From assembly GCA_036172245.1 (NCBI GenBank), contig JAYWIR010000049.1:930001-994000 (forward strand): a stretch of DNA of 64,000 nt. Reading direction: 5' to 3'. Shown here piece after piece: positions 10,501 to 23,670 of this stretch. The notes below the pieces were generated by a model that was not told the DNA's origin, ran no database searches, and saw only the letters and a program-made list of their open reading frames with translations. Origin of the DNA: Raillietiella orientalis. Taxonomy: Eukaryota. Position 1 is the stretch's first letter; each line of letters opens with the position of its first letter. A program made the position numbers and the translations under genes.

Positions 10501-13299
10501 GCCGCGCGTAGTAGAACCCTCCAGAGATCAAGGCGGGAGAGGAGACGGTCACGGGCGGCCTCGACCCGCCACTCCCCGGGCGCGTGTCCGTCCCTCCCGG
10601 CCATCCGGGAGGAAAAGAGGAGGGCGGAGCGGAGTCCCTCGCCGCACGTTGCCTCGGGTCACGCGGTGGTCGGCAAGTGCGCGCCCGCGTGCGCTTTTCC
10701 GTAACGGAAGGGAGGAGGGGGGAGGGGAAACTCCTGCCCTTGGGGCACGACACCCTCGCCCCCCGCAGTAGCGGGGAGATCCCCGTCCCTGCTCCTACCA
10801 CCTCGGCAGTAAAGGGTGGGGGCCGAGCCCTCCGCACGCCGCCAGTGGCACTCCCTCCTCCGCCCTTCCTGCCGGAAACGCCGCGCGCTAGGGAGAAGGT
10901 CGTGGTGTCATCCCGGCTCTGTTCGCCCGCGGCGACATCCGACACGGCTTTTCCGGTGTCCCCGGGCGGGGAGCGGTGGGAAACTAGTGGCGCCGAGCGG
11001 GAGCGAAAGGATCGGAAAGGGAAGGGGGAGGAGAAGAGTTCTTCATGATTTCCGTTTCCCCTCCCCCCTTTCCGCGAAGGTGGCGGCCAGGAAGGAAGGT
11101 CGAGGGGACGCGGGAGTGACGCCTCCCTCCCGCCCCGAATGAAAGGGAGGGAAAGAGGCGGAAGCCAGCACGCCTTCCGCGGAATCTCGTATCCCTGACG
11201 GCAGCCGCATCCTTCCCGTTCACGCGCACGCACCTCCTCCACTGTGGACCGACAGCAAGGTGGCGGGTCAGAGCCACCGCGAAGATGGACGCGAATCTGG
11301 ACCGCCCGCGGGAGGGGAGTGCGTTGGCACGGGAAGAACGCAGGAGGCGTCCGCTCAGCCCGGGACGGGGGAAGAGCGCGTCGCATCCAAGCGGAGGCGA
11401 CGGCGCTCGCGTGCAGACAGCTGGAGCTGCTTTTGGAGCGATGGCTCGGCAGAGCAGCAGCAGAAGACGCGGAAGGCATCCCAGCCTTCATCTCCCCCTC
11501 TCTTGCTTCTGGACCTACGAACAGGAAGTCCGCGAACCTCAAGAAGCTTTTTTGGAAAAGTTCAACTTCCTTCAGGTGAGCGGAACCTCGGACATGCGGA
11601 CAAGGAGGCACAAATGAGCTCCCCAATCTACCGGTAGAGGCTCTGGAACTGCAAGGTTTACAGAGGCAGGGGGTCTCCGGTATGCGCATTGGTCAGCTGG
11701 AGAGGGATCTCTCATGAGTACAGTCTACCAGCAGATCTTCAAGTGCAGCTTCCCATCTTCGTGCCAGCCGAGTGTCCCACGAACGTTTGGCTTCGAGAGA
11801 GTCGGGTCACCATGAGAAGAGACCGCGTAAGGGTTCCGCGCACTCTCCCGCTCCCGTTCGAGCTGTGGAACGCAAGTGCCGGGCCCGCGCTTCCGTTCTG
11901 CCGAACTAAAGAACGCAACTCCGCCCCCGCCTACAGTGTGGCGTCACCAACGTTGTAAGCGCGTCTCCCATCCACGCGTCGCGTTTGGCTAAGCGGGCGA
12001 GCGACGACGACTGCTCAGATCGCGCGTTGTGTGACGTCAGTGCCGCGATGCCTCCAGGAAGGGGAGGACTGCACGATTGCACGCATTCGTCTTTGTCCGT
12101 GCGCTCCCGCGCCGGATAGCCAACGGCGACATCGATCCAGTTTCGAGTTTTCGTTCCCGCGAGCGTGAAAAGCTGAGTATCCAGATGAAGGGCGCTCTTT
12201 CTGACCGAGAACACGCTCCGGTGAAGTTTGAACAGCCTGCGGCGTAGACGGCCGACTTGGCAGCTCCCGCTTGCTTCCGGTCGCCTGGAGACGCCCCGTC
12301 ACGGCAGCAGCGACGAACGAGTAAGCGCGCAGGACCACGGAATCTGCGCGTTCGCTTGCGCCGCTGCCTTTGCCGGAAGTCGCAACGACCAGGACACGTA
12401 GCAGCTGCGAAGATTCGGGAAGCCGAGAGGATGCGATTCCGTCACAATGATCCGGAACAAAGGCCGTTCCTATACCGACCTTCCCCTAGGAAGACGTGCC
12501 CGTCAAGAGGAGAGGGAAACCTCAGCTGTTCCAGAGGAACAGAAAGGTTCAGATATGGAGAAAACCGCAATAAATGCGGTCAGTGACCCGCAAGGAGGCA
12601 GACCTGAGTACACAGCCCTTGGTGACCACAGCAAGGTGATAAATCGAGGAAGAGTAGGTGGAAACCCGCTGCAATATGCTGCAAGCCATCCGCTAGGGGA
12701 GACATCTAGGCAGGGAGAGGGGGAACTTTCAGGAGTGCAGAGAAACGAGACAGCCCGACCTCCAGAGGAAACTGGTCTCCGTGGCAAACCTCCGATATCC
12801 AGGGGGTCCGACCGAACACGGCAGGTCTCTGTCTGGCAGCTCCGCGACTTTGGGAGTCTCTCGGGAGCAAGCTCTCTGAGAGGTCGGGAAGATGCGGGCG
12901 CTGGTAAAGCGCTGTGGGGCACCACGGATGAGACCGGCAGAGGCCATTAGAGTTAGCTGCTTCGCCCTTGGACTCGTATCGAGAAGGTTCAAGGATCTGC
13001 CGCAAGATGGAAGCGCTGCGGCGTGGAAAGGATGCCGGCGTGAAGTCGGGATGTCCCCCCAGCCGACTGGATGCTGGACGGAAAGCAGTCACAATCCCTC
13101 ACTGGAAAAGAAGGCAGAGAAGTCGCATTTCGGAAAGAACCTGCTGCAGACGTGCTGCCGGAGAGATGTGCCTCGAAGAGCTGAAAGAAACTTTCTCCAT
13201 GCTTAAAAGCAGAGACGTGGTGACGTCTTCTCACTCTGCACGGCTCGATAGGAACGTGATAAAGCCAAGAGGAGAGAGGTCTTCAGCCAGCACAGCCGT

Positions 13300-13444
13300 A
13301 TCTCCTTTGGAAACCCTGAAAGGGATTATCCAGAAGGAGATTGGTATCCGGAACTGTGGACGAGTGCAGGCCTGGATGTACCTCTACATCCTGAAAAGGA
13401 TTGAGGATACTCTCCAGGCACACCCAACGTGCAGTCCATCCTAG
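13300..13444 (+). mobile_element. L1/Tx1-type LINE ORF2 C-terminal fragment, same family as 26529-27710
   Basis: LETLKGIIQKEIGIRNCGRVQAWMYLYILKRIED is near-identical to MEILQGLIQKEIGIRNCGRIQAWTYRYILKWIED at ~26565-26670 (-). Confidence 0.7.
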
Positions 13445-15049
13445 TGCAAAACCTTTGGGCAGTGATCCAAAGAAGTGAAGATCCAACAAAGAAAATATTT
13501 GGTAAATCTGTGCCCCCTATTTGAGTGAGTGTGTTTTGTAGTATGAATAGAAAAATAAATTTACCCACACCTCGAGGGACAAGGAAAAAGAGAGGTCTTC
13601 AGCGCCTCCTTCCAGCGCGAGAGATGAGTTGGAACTGCTCGAGGCGGCGAAGGGTCGTGGGAACTCGATAGCCAGAGTGCACGATGAATTCCTTCTTGCT
13701 TGGAGCGTATTGGAACCAGCACACGGTTGCTGGTCTCAATGCCAGGCTGGCAGCAGAAGAGGGAAGCCGCAGACTCTCTTTTCCTGCTCTCAGAGATTTA
13801 GCAGAACAGCAAATTGAGTTCCTGTTCTCAACCAGGCCTTCCCCTGAGCACCAGGCATCCTGACTCAGGAACTAGCCGTCTCTTTGCTCGTTCTCGCTCA
13901 TGGGAGACGTCCCCACAACCTCACGATCCGAGGGCAGGTGACCTCAAGGAACTCATGCGGGATCACACGCATCAGCGAAATCTGAAGGAAACACAAAACG
14001 AGAAAAGAAAGGAAGAAGGAAAAAACTGGATTGTCCCAAATTACGAACGACGCTTCCCAGCCATGGAGATACAGCACTCAGTGCCAGAGCGAGCACCAAG
14101 CCTCCTGCCAAGAAGAGCCTTCAGGAGCGATTTGGTGTGGAACATGTTTGTTGGAAACATGGTGTGGAACATGTGCCCCTCCTCTGTCTCCTAATTTTTG
14201 TCTGTCATGCTCCCCGTGGTGTTAAGAAGCGAACCCGGCCCTCCCACGGGAAGTTCTTGGAGGAACAGGGAAGTCCAGTGTCCGGTCGAAAGAGTTGGTA
14301 ACTCGCATTGGAAAGGAGCACTTTGCCTCCTGACTCAACTTTCGAGTTTTGACCCTATCGGCGAAGTATTGGACCACCCATTAATGGATCCCTGAGCACT
14401 TCCTCGCCAATCAAGTAGAGGACTCAGAAAGGACTCACATCTTTCTGAGTTTACGGATATCAAAGCTTGCCCTGATGCAGGTGTCGGCTTCAGCAGAGAT
14501 GATTGATTGCCTTGGAGAAAAAGAAAGCCTGGATCTCCGGCCTACCCACGACTGTAGTGTCTGGATGCAGGAAATTGTACAGACGTGGAAGGAAATCCAC
14601 GAGACGAGCCCGGAGCTCCAGTTTTCCAGTTACGTCGTTCCTCGTTTCAGGAGACAGTGGAAAGCCTCAGTAAGAACACGTGGGCACAAGGCACCTTACT
14701 TGCCATAGTGCTGTCCTCTCTATGGAAGAACAGCGACAGTGGCCAACCAACAAAACGGAAGGTCAGCTGCGAAGTTTCAGGAAGAAGGAAATCATTGAGA
14801 TGCTGGACGGAGTGTCAGATTGTCGACTCTTCTATTCCTGCTGCCCACCCCAGATGACTTCTCCGCTGGATTGATCTCCTTGGAATCCTCTTGGAAGGCA
14901 TCGAGATCCCCGCGGTATTTTGAGACAGCTTCGCGCTTCCCCTAAAGTGGCAGGACTTGGCGTTGCAACTGTCGCCTTGGGCTGACGCCTGCAACGCATG
15001 CTAGCATCATTTTCATCCGGTTGCACTATGGAGTTTGTGGTCCAAACAA

Positions 15050-15900
15050 TGAAGAAAAAAACAAGTAAGCCATGTGGATTGGTGGATCCGCTGGTCAATG
15101 AAAATTTCTGAGGGAAGAGAAACAAAAAGAACACCATCGACTCGCAGGCCGACTACACAGAAGGGCAGGGAGGGCGTAGGTGAGGGAACTATAAACCAGT
15201 GAATAAAAGGGAAAGGGACAGGAGTCACTGGTCACACCCGTTGCGTCTCCTGTAACCTCCGTGCGATGCAGACGGCATCCTCCTTGACTCTGTTGTTCGG
15301 CAAAAGCCACATTCCTCATTACTACGTGTTCCGAGACGCCACGATCCTCCTGATCGCGTTCGGAGAAGCAGGTGCAAGCCCGTCCCGTGTGAAGTTGCAC
15401 CGTAGCAGCTCTGTCGGAGTATCTTTGGGTCGAAGTTCTTCGCATTGTCATCCAAATACGAGGAATTTTGTCAAAGCGTCTCCGTACTCTCTGAAGGTCA
15501 CCGCGTTCCTGCAGCAGTTGCGCGAAAGTTTTGATTTCCCCGAAGCTGGCTCATTTCGGAAAGACGCCGCTCCCTCTAGTCCAGCGAGGCCTCCGCTGAT
15601 TGCACGGGAAGTCCCAGCGCACGAACAGCAAAACCTTTTCATGCTGCCATCTGAAGGGAAGCATGAAGCGGTTCAGATAGAGGGGAGGGGTCATAATCTT
15701 TGATAGTGTAATGTCCAGGTATTCTGCCCAAAGCCGTGTCAGCCAACTGGCCCGTCTTCCATTGACTCACCAGTTTCGTGGCTCCTGCTGCGGAGCAAGA
15801 GATCACCGATCCTCCCGGTTAGCAACTGTTGTTTCTTTCCCATAGGGAGGGCAGTGCTGAGGCTAGGAGGGGAGCAGGGGCTTTGGCCCACTTCTTTTGG
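15050..15900 (-). mobile_element. Possible degenerate LINE apurinic endonuclease fragment
   Basis: Broken frames with LLFVRWDFPCN resembling the GDFN motif; many stops and frameshifts; weak. Confidence 0.3.
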
Positions 15901-17399
15901 TCCTTTTTCGGTTCCTTCAGGGAGGAACGTATCCACAATGCATCAGTGCGCGTGATGAGGATCCAAGCTCCTGCCTCCTACCGCCAGGCGTTGCAGTTTG
16001 CGGCCGTCGAGGCAGGAGAACCCACAGGAAAGCGATCTGCCTCAGTGGGAGCCTGAGCACCTTCATGAGGTCTCGTCTGCGGAATAGCAAGAACTCCATT
16101 CCCTCGCAACCGACTGCTCATCTCAGGATTCCACACGCCGACGCCACTGGAACAGGGGAAGGGTGATCTGTTCCAGGTGCAGTGAAGCAGAAACCCTTCC
16201 GCACCTCTTGATGAAATGTGTTGCTCTCTAAAGTGTGTGATCCTGAAATTACCGATGGATTACCCCAGTGACTTTTTAAAGTCCTCTCCGTGCGGGGTGC
16301 CATGCTGCCTGCAGCCCGCAATCTCAGTTTCTACGCTGCCGTCACTGCAAGGTGCGAGGCCGAGAGAGGATGCAACTGCAGGGAAGCCTTCCTCTTGGCA
16401 ACCCGCTTGTGGATCGCATCGAGATGAACACACCTGGGACTTCATCAGGAGGAGCTTGCCGGCATCCCGCAAAAGATACAGGGGACCCAGCGGAGAGGAA
16501 AATGATTCCTTCCCTTGTCCCCGCCCCCATAGGACCAAGTGCTGCCGTTTATTTTGTTTTCTTTTTTTACTCTTCGCTGATTCCCTCCCTCTCCGTTCAA
16601 GAACCCCGTTGGCATTCCCCCTCCCTCCCCCAAAGGATTGTTCGATGGAAAGTCATGTCCTGCCGTATTTCAAACAAACGCCCGGCATGACCTGGTGAAA
16701 ACCCTCCGGAGTGTGTGAGAACGTTTTGCCATGGCCCTGGGATTCCCGACGAACAGTCCGAAAGACGTGGTGAGATAGTTCCTCCTCGTTCGTGGCTCCA
16801 TATTCTCATGCTGCGGTGATCGCAACTTTTCGCTGTCTCCATGGCATCATGACCTCGAGAAGCTGTGCCGCAAGAGCCCGATCAAAGTGTCCTTTCTGAG
16901 GATGTCAACGAGATGGACGCATCTCGGATGTTCCGAGGAGTAACTTGACAAGGATGCAGAGAAATCCAAACACGTTACCATGATCTCTTCCCTTCTCCTC
17001 CATCGTAGCTTTTAAAGACAATTTTTTCAATTTCTTTTTACCCTCTTCCGTTTTTTATTTTTACTTTTGCCAGTGCTCACTCGGCTGAGCAATTTGCTTG
17101 CGAACAGAAACTGTCTCCTGAACACGTGCCAGCGTATTAGGATTTGTAATCCCACTACGAAGGAACGGCTTTTTTTTTATGTTGACTGTTTATGTCTGAA
17201 TGAGACTTTTCGTTGAATGACCCGGCGTAACCTCATCCCGGATAGCTAGACCATTTATTTAAAATAAATAAATCAGATTACACACTCATAGACGGAGAAA
17301 GGCAGACGCGCATCTGTCTGAATCCAAAGGGAATACCCTCGCAAGGAGCAGATCGAGGTAGGAAGGTGAGGACAATGAATAAATACATAGGGAATGGAA

Positions 17400-17870
17400 T
17401 GGACCAACCTTACTGTATTCCCCTTGATTCCTGAGGGTCTGGGTGAATCAGGGAAGATTCGGAAGGAGCGAAGGGAAGGTATTGGGGTTAGGCTGCCCAC
17501 AATCGTTCGAAGATTCGTATCCCACTTCCCAGATTGGGCCATTCCATCGGCCTTCGCATGTAAGAGATGACGATCGCCAACGACTCTCCGGGATGTTGGC
17601 CGTATTATTCCTCCCTCCAGTTTGGCAGTCACCGTTGCTCGTGCGTGACAGAGGGTCGCCAGCGACGAGGTGACCATCAAGCCAGGAGACATGAACTATC
17701 TCCCTAAAGAGGTCTTCTGGGGCGGCACTGTGGAACTGAAGCGCCCCACTGAGACGCGCTCCCGTGCCTGACGCAGCCTCTGCATTCCAGCAGTATGCGC
17801 GGGAGTTGTCTTCACTGTCTTGTGGGGGGGTGGGGTGAGGGGTGGAGATTCCTTGGACACTTTCCACGCT
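17400..17870 (-). mobile_element. Degenerate Gypsy-type integrase fragment
   Basis: Frameshifted peptides LFREIVHV...GDPLSR, HLLHAKADGMA (resembles YHPQADG) and KWDTNLRTIV (resembles WD..L..I) occur in integrase order. Confidence 0.5.
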
Positions 17871-18260
17871 GAGACATGGCGTCAGCGTTCCTCGTTACGA
17901 AGGAGTGCCCAGTGCACCGGCAAGATGGCGGTCCCCTGGTACCGGGGAGAGAGGACGAAGGCCTGTATCAGGAAGCATGGGATCTCGGGCCGGTGAAAGC
18001 AGGAGCGACTTGGTTTCCAAGTGCCCTCGCCCCACTGCTGCCGAAATTCACGCCGCACGCACGACTCCATAAAAAGAGGAGGAGGAGGGTGGTGGACAGA
18101 CCTTCCTCCAGACACCTGTGAGAGGGCCCAGAAAATCTTGGCAGCTGTTCGCGGGAAGGAGCAGGGAGTCGCTGAAAAGAAGGTCAGACTCCTAGGGCTG
18201 AGTTCAAAACCCCTAACCACCCGAAAGATCTTAAAATAAATATAAAGTGCACATTCGACA

Positions 18261-19055
18261 CAGTCACCTCTGCTGGAATCGAAATTTAAAAATGTTGCTG
18301 CCTTTATAGAATGCTGTTGATTGTATCGAGATGGGTAGTCGAAATAAAAGAAAAAAGATTCAATTTTGGATAATTCAATAAAAGAAACCAAATTGTTGAA
18401 CAGTAGCATGAATTTTTATAATCAAAGGAACAAATGTAGTAGCATTGCAAAAGTAGAAATAAGGATATTGTATGGTAAACGATGATGATAATGATAGGAT
18501 GCAAAATTTCATCCCAACTTCTTCACGATTGCTTTTTCCCGTATTCCTCTCAGGGGAAGAACATCACGAACGGGAAGGGGCAGACGCTTTCTGACCATTC
18601 CATAGCTAAATTGAATGAATGGTCAATAACTTTGTCAATGTCAAATTTTTGAACGTTGGTACTCTCATCTAAATTTTATCTCCTGCGTGCTCCATAGGAG
18701 CGTTCCCAACGGTGTCCAGATCACGGACATGATTTCATTCATTTTCTCCATTTCTCTCTCAGTCCATAATCTCAGAGTTGCTACATTGCTGCATTTTCTC
18801 TCTTGTTGGGGAACTGGATCGTGTTGCAATGGGTATGCCATCTCCATCAGTAAAACAGCCGCCCGATGAATTCAACTCGATTACTTCAGCTGATGAATAC
18901 AAATGCTTAAAAGCATTTACAATAACGCTCTTTGGAATTTCATTCCACGACTCTACTGCCACATAAGCCACATCTTTTAGAGTGATGCAAAAAAAGTTCC
19001 TTTTATCGAAAGACAGAAAGCTTAAGATGCTGACTGTGTCAAGGGCTGCTTATGT
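18261..19055 (-). mobile_element. pogo/Tigger (DDE_1) transposon 3' remnant
   Basis: Frameshifted QPLDT-like motif at ~19035-19049, followed by MAYVAVESWNEIPKSVIVNAFK (typical DDE_1 C-terminal W..I....I.NAF.K). Candidate TIR CAGTCACCTC...AATCGAA at 18261. Confidence 0.65.
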
Positions 19056-20789
19056 CAAAAGTTTCTTTTATCAAAGGTGACTATGTCGAGCGTGCGCTGT
19101 ATATGCTTATTATATATATTAAAATATACATTTATATTTAGATTAATACGAAGATTAATATATATTGTAAAGATTATAAAAATGAATATACTCATTATGT
19201 ATATTGGAAATATATATTTATATATAGATACATATTTAATACTGTTTATTAACATACACATAATTAATCGCGACCTTATTTTAAGTTACATGTATTGTTT
19301 TAATTAGCATTAATTATGCTTTATTATGCCTGCACTTTCCACCCCTACTGCATCAGCTTGTGCCGAAAGAAGCAGCTCGAAGAGACGACTCGACACGAAC
19401 TTGGTGCGGCGAACAGCTGATGCAGCTCGAGGAGGATTTCAAGGGAGAGGAGGTCGAGGCAGTCTCCGATCGAGGAGCCGGCGGCATAAGAAAGCCTGCC
19501 GCTGCTGCCACCACGCGCTCGCAAAGATGCCGACCTCGGCCCCCCGTTCCGGCAGCTGCTAACCCGGGGGAAGTCCCAGGGGTCGGTCGCCCGCGGGAGC
19601 AGGGCGACATTCCTGCCGCCCGCGAACCTCACCAAACTTGCCCGACGGAGACCAGCCTCCATCCTGAACACGGACGCAAACTGCTTCCAGCTCGGTGTCG
19701 CGCCGGGGCGATCGCCTGAAGCGAGACAGCACGCGCGAAAGAGATGAACGCCGCACGGGGTCCCAGGAAAAACGGCGCGAAAACGAGCGAGGAAAATACA
19801 GGAAGGTGGATCCACAGGTGGGAGGGGAGCACTTGCTGCCAACGGGTCGCGCAGGAAGAGGAGCGGGAAGGGGAAGGTCAGCCACACGTCCCGCGCGGTC
19901 CTTCTTGCCGTCCGTCCGCCATGCAGTCGGTCCCCTCCTCGTTGATTTCCGATCGGTTGCGCAAGGATGTCTCGCCGTCCTCCTCATCATGAAGCGGACG
20001 GAATGGACCGTGCGCAGAGTCAGGACTACCTCTCGGATGCAGCGCAGAGTCGCCATCGCGCAAGTCCTTGAGGGGCTGAAGAACCCCTGCGGAAGGGCTG
20101 CCGAGAAGGGCCCTCCGGGTGCAACAGGCCTGCTGCCACCGTTTGCCGCCCGCTGCGGGCGAACTTGCAGTCCAACGATAGGGGCGGGAGCGATTGGACC
20201 GCCATGCACCTGGAGCAGCTCGGGGACGCGCTCCCTCTCGTCCAGAGGTGCTGGCATTGGTTGCAAGAGAAGCGCCAGTGAAAGAAGAGGGTTTCCGCTT
20301 GTTGCCACCGTAAAGGAAGATTTGAACGGTTTAGAAGGAATAGGGGAGCCTCCAGTTCACCCAAGGGAGTTCCAGAGCGGTCCTTGGGTGAGAGCACTAG
20401 GAGTCGCGGCCATCTTCGGGTGCACATGCCGTCCATTTACTGAAAGGGTAGAATTCAGAAATACTCATTCGGTGTCATGATAGTATCTACTATCATCACA
20501 CTGAAGCTTGCGGAGTGGGAGTGGCGGGAGATTATTTCCTGAGTCTTGTCGTATCTGCTGCAAAGGACCTCGGCTTAAGTGTGGGACGTCGGAGCAGTTG
20601 GAGGATCCATGCCCATCTGCACGACCTGTGCCCAGATATCCGCAGTCCTCTGTCACAAGGCGTGATTCATCAGTGGGTAGGAGATTCATAGGTGTTTCTG
20701 GAGAAGAGGGGCCGCACCCCTCAAAAGGGGGAATCCCAATAGCTCTGGCCTATTGCTGTGGCAGAGGAGGGATGCTACTCTCGCAGTCG

Positions 20790-21110
20790 GCCACGCGCCA
20801 GAGGATGTCGCGTGCTAGAAGGCATTAGTGTTCGTTTCATAAAGGGGTCATTGGCGACGGCCTCCGGAAGTGGACCCGCAGGTCCGGTTTTTTCCGGCAT
20901 CGAGACGCGACGCAGTTGTCCGAGACTTGGGCCGAGTGTCCAAGGGCCATCATATCAACATGGCTGCACTTAAACGGGCATGCGCAGTGTTGGAACGCCT
21001 CATGCTTGATGACATCAGATGCGCTCTAGCATACCCGATGCTGGACTTCCCGGATATGGTGAAGCCAATTTTGCAAGTAGAGAGCACTTCAACGTCCAAA
21101 TCAAGGGGCA
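20790..21110 (+). mobile_element. Degenerate Gypsy RT/RNase H connection fragment
   Basis: RFIKGSLATA (resembles RFIKGFS.IA) and DIRCALAYPMLDFPDMVKPILQV (resembles L..AP.L.FPD..KPF.L). Confidence 0.55.
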
Positions 21111-21989
21111 AGAGATAAACCTCAGGCACCCACCAAGGAGAAGTCTCGAGTCCTGGCCAGGTTTTTCAACATGGAAACTTGAGTGTATCTTGCAAAGGCT
21201 GCAAGGGAATGCCCAAGTGAGAAAAATCTGAATGCTCCCCAGAATGTTTGTGGGCTGTGGGGATATTTGTGTTGTCTGGACTGTAAGGGAAGTAGGGCAG
21301 GGCCCGAATGGACACTCCGCCACTTATCGGACTAAGGAAAATGAATGTGGCAAACGAGAGGTGCCATCGTTTGCTCCGATCGGTCCAAACGCCTCAGGAT
21401 CCTTATATCCTTCCCAGTATGTTAGTCGCTTTGAACTTTGGCAACCATTTTCTTTCAATGGGGAAAAGTTGATGTTCAGAAAGGACAGGTGGTCTCTTTT
21501 CTTCTCAACAGATTGTCGTTGTCTTCACAACCAGAGTGTCAGAAGTCATAGCGTCTCAGCAGCCCAGAAGTCGGCTTCCCAGCCGCTATTTGGAAGCAAC
21601 CACAAGAGCTTTCTTCGTGGTCACGGTCGTTGCAGCTGGCAGAAGAACAATCTCTAGAAATACCTCTCTCTCCAGAGCAGTGACAGATGACCTGCAGGAT
21701 GACAGCAAGTAGAAAGGCCCAGCAAAAAAATACGCGCCTTTCTTTACGACTTTGTTTCTTCCCAGTAGAACGCCGGGAGCGAAACGCGCGCGTGCGCGAC
21801 AGACGTGGAAGACCTGGAAGGCTTGCTGCTGCTGCTGCAGGCGTCCGATGCCTGCTGGGAGTGCGAGCGTCTCTTCCATAGAGATGGAGGCAGCAAAGAC
21901 AGCCTCGGGGAGGCATGCTGCAGCATTAGGTAGGCACGAAGGGCGGGTTCTACGCCCAGAGCTGCTGCCTCCCGTCCGCGGACGTTGCC

Positions 21990-22400
21990 CCTTCGTCGGT
22001 CGCGATGAGGAAACCCAGAGCGTTCGCGCGCGAAAGGTCAAATGAGCCGCAGGCAGGGCAAGCAAGCGCCCAGGGCACCTCGGTGGTTTGGTCCAAACGC
22101 AACTTCTCGGTAAGAGACGAGAACGAGGACGCTAAACAGACCGCGGGACGAGCTCTTCTGGGGAGTTGTTCTGTGGATCGAACACCTAGGATGATGTCCA
22201 TCCCTTCCTCTGACGCATCTCGCATCACCAAGAAGTTCTTCGTCAACCATCTGGATATCAGCGGTCCCTATACCTCCAGGCGCTGATTGGCATGACCGCC
22301 AATTGTGAGACGGCTGCAACAACTCCCTTCGCTCTCCCCTCCCTCCCAACAAACGACGCGCAGCACATCAGCTCAGCATGGCGGAACCAAGGAGAAACCG
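21990..22400 (-). mobile_element. Degenerate Gypsy RNase H fragment
   Basis: MTKNFLVMRDASEEGMDIILG...RPAVCLASSFSSLTEK...TTE..WAL follows the F.V.TDAS..G.G.VL...RPV.FAS..L...E..Y.TTE.E pattern. Confidence 0.65.
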
Positions 22401-23411
22401 CGCCTTCTCTCCAATCCCCGTCGCCACTGAGGCGTGCGGTGTCGGCTGCTGCCATCTGGTTGAGGTGTCGGGAGCAGTGCGCCGGAATGCGAGCTAGTCT
22501 GTGCCTCTTCGAAAATCTTTTAGTCTTTCTTCCCACGTGGGCGAATGTCATCCTACCAAAGTGGGACTCCGCACCTAACGTAAGGGTGGGAAAATCGATC
22601 CCTTCCACCTCCCCTTCTCCTTTCCGTCTTAGGGAAAGGGAGAGGGAATCCACTTCTGAACACTGGGAGGTGCTTCGTTTCCTTCCCCGCGTCTCGTGAG
22701 CTCAGCCTTTGCGTGTTCCATGCGTGCTACACGCAAACAGTGTGCAGCTGCGGAGGTGCGCTAGCCCACGCATCTATGCATCTGGGACCACTTGGCCAGA
22801 GCTCTTTCAGTGCCGGAAAGTTCCTATAAAAACTGGTCTGCCCTTTCCACACTTTTAACCAACTTTAGGACGCAAACCCTTGAAATGAACGACTGAACCA
22901 GGACCCACGCTGAAAAACGCTTTGCGTTTTCGTTCTTCTGACGTTTGAGGATAGGTCGCTTTCCTGAAGACAAGAGCACATCACCGAAACGCTAGAGGAT
23001 AAATCGAGATTCGGTCTGGTACCCGGACCCGTGACTCGTACTGGGTTCTTTCCTTCGAACCTTGACCGCAGTTTTTATCTCCAGTCTTTTTTCCTGCACC
23101 CATAACCGTCTTCAGCTTATCCTCCATTCCTGCAAGAGGGTTTCAACGATTCTCCAGCTAGGAATCCATCTACTACCGCTGGAATGATAGGCTCCTCGGC
23201 CGAGGGCGTTCCATCGGGATGTACTTTCTGGCCCATAGCTGGGCCTCTCGCTGAAGAAAAGTTGCTTTAAGTCTTGCATGCCTCTTCGCATCGTTTCAGA
23301 GAGTCTCTGCTTGCCAAGGAGCCTGAGTTTTCCCCGGCCTTTCCTCGCGCTATTCCAGGCACTCCCATGGAAGCCTTGCTTCATCTAAAACTGGCATTAA
23401 AACTTGTAGAC

Positions 23412-23670
23412 TGCTCGTGTTGGAGGTAGTGAGGCTGCTTCCGCTGGACGCGGCACCAAACGTCGTGGGTTCGAATCCCACCCGTAAAGGATCGGCGTCG
23501 AGGATGGGTGAGCCATGGGTTTCAATTTCCTCTGTAGGACGCTGGTTGGCTCATGGGCTTCAGGTGTGGCGCTAGCATGATGCTTGTGAGGCTCTGGAGA
23601 CGGGATGCCCCGATTACCTAGGCGGAATTGGTGTAGACCCTCCGGGGTCCTCGCAGGAGTCAGAGAGCTT
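23412..23670 (+). mobile_element. tRNA-derived SINE, copy 1
   Basis: A-box-like TGGAGGTAGTG and B-box GGTTCGAATCC (~23468-23478). The body shares CGCGGCAC, GTAA.GGATCG, TGGGCTTCA.GTGTG and CAGGA.TCA(A)GAGAG with 48770-49160 (-). Confidence 0.7.

Noticed and set aside
35..12400. Many long overlapping ORFs (up to 433 aa) in all six frames
   Set aside because: Expected in very GC-rich DNA. They are R/P/G/S-rich and low in complexity, and only the RA gene exons carry recognisable motifs.
14132..14175. TGGTGTGGAACATGT direct duplication
   Set aside because: Local slippage duplication within decayed TE-like DNA; no functional signal.
19345..20480. GC-rich ORFs of 180-261 aa
   Set aside because: No recognisable domain or splice structure; they lie between TE fragments and cannot be supported as a gene.
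23412..23485. Possible tRNA gene
   Set aside because: Has a T-loop/B-box but no proper acceptor or anticodon stems, and continues into a body shared with 48770-49160, so it is a SINE head.
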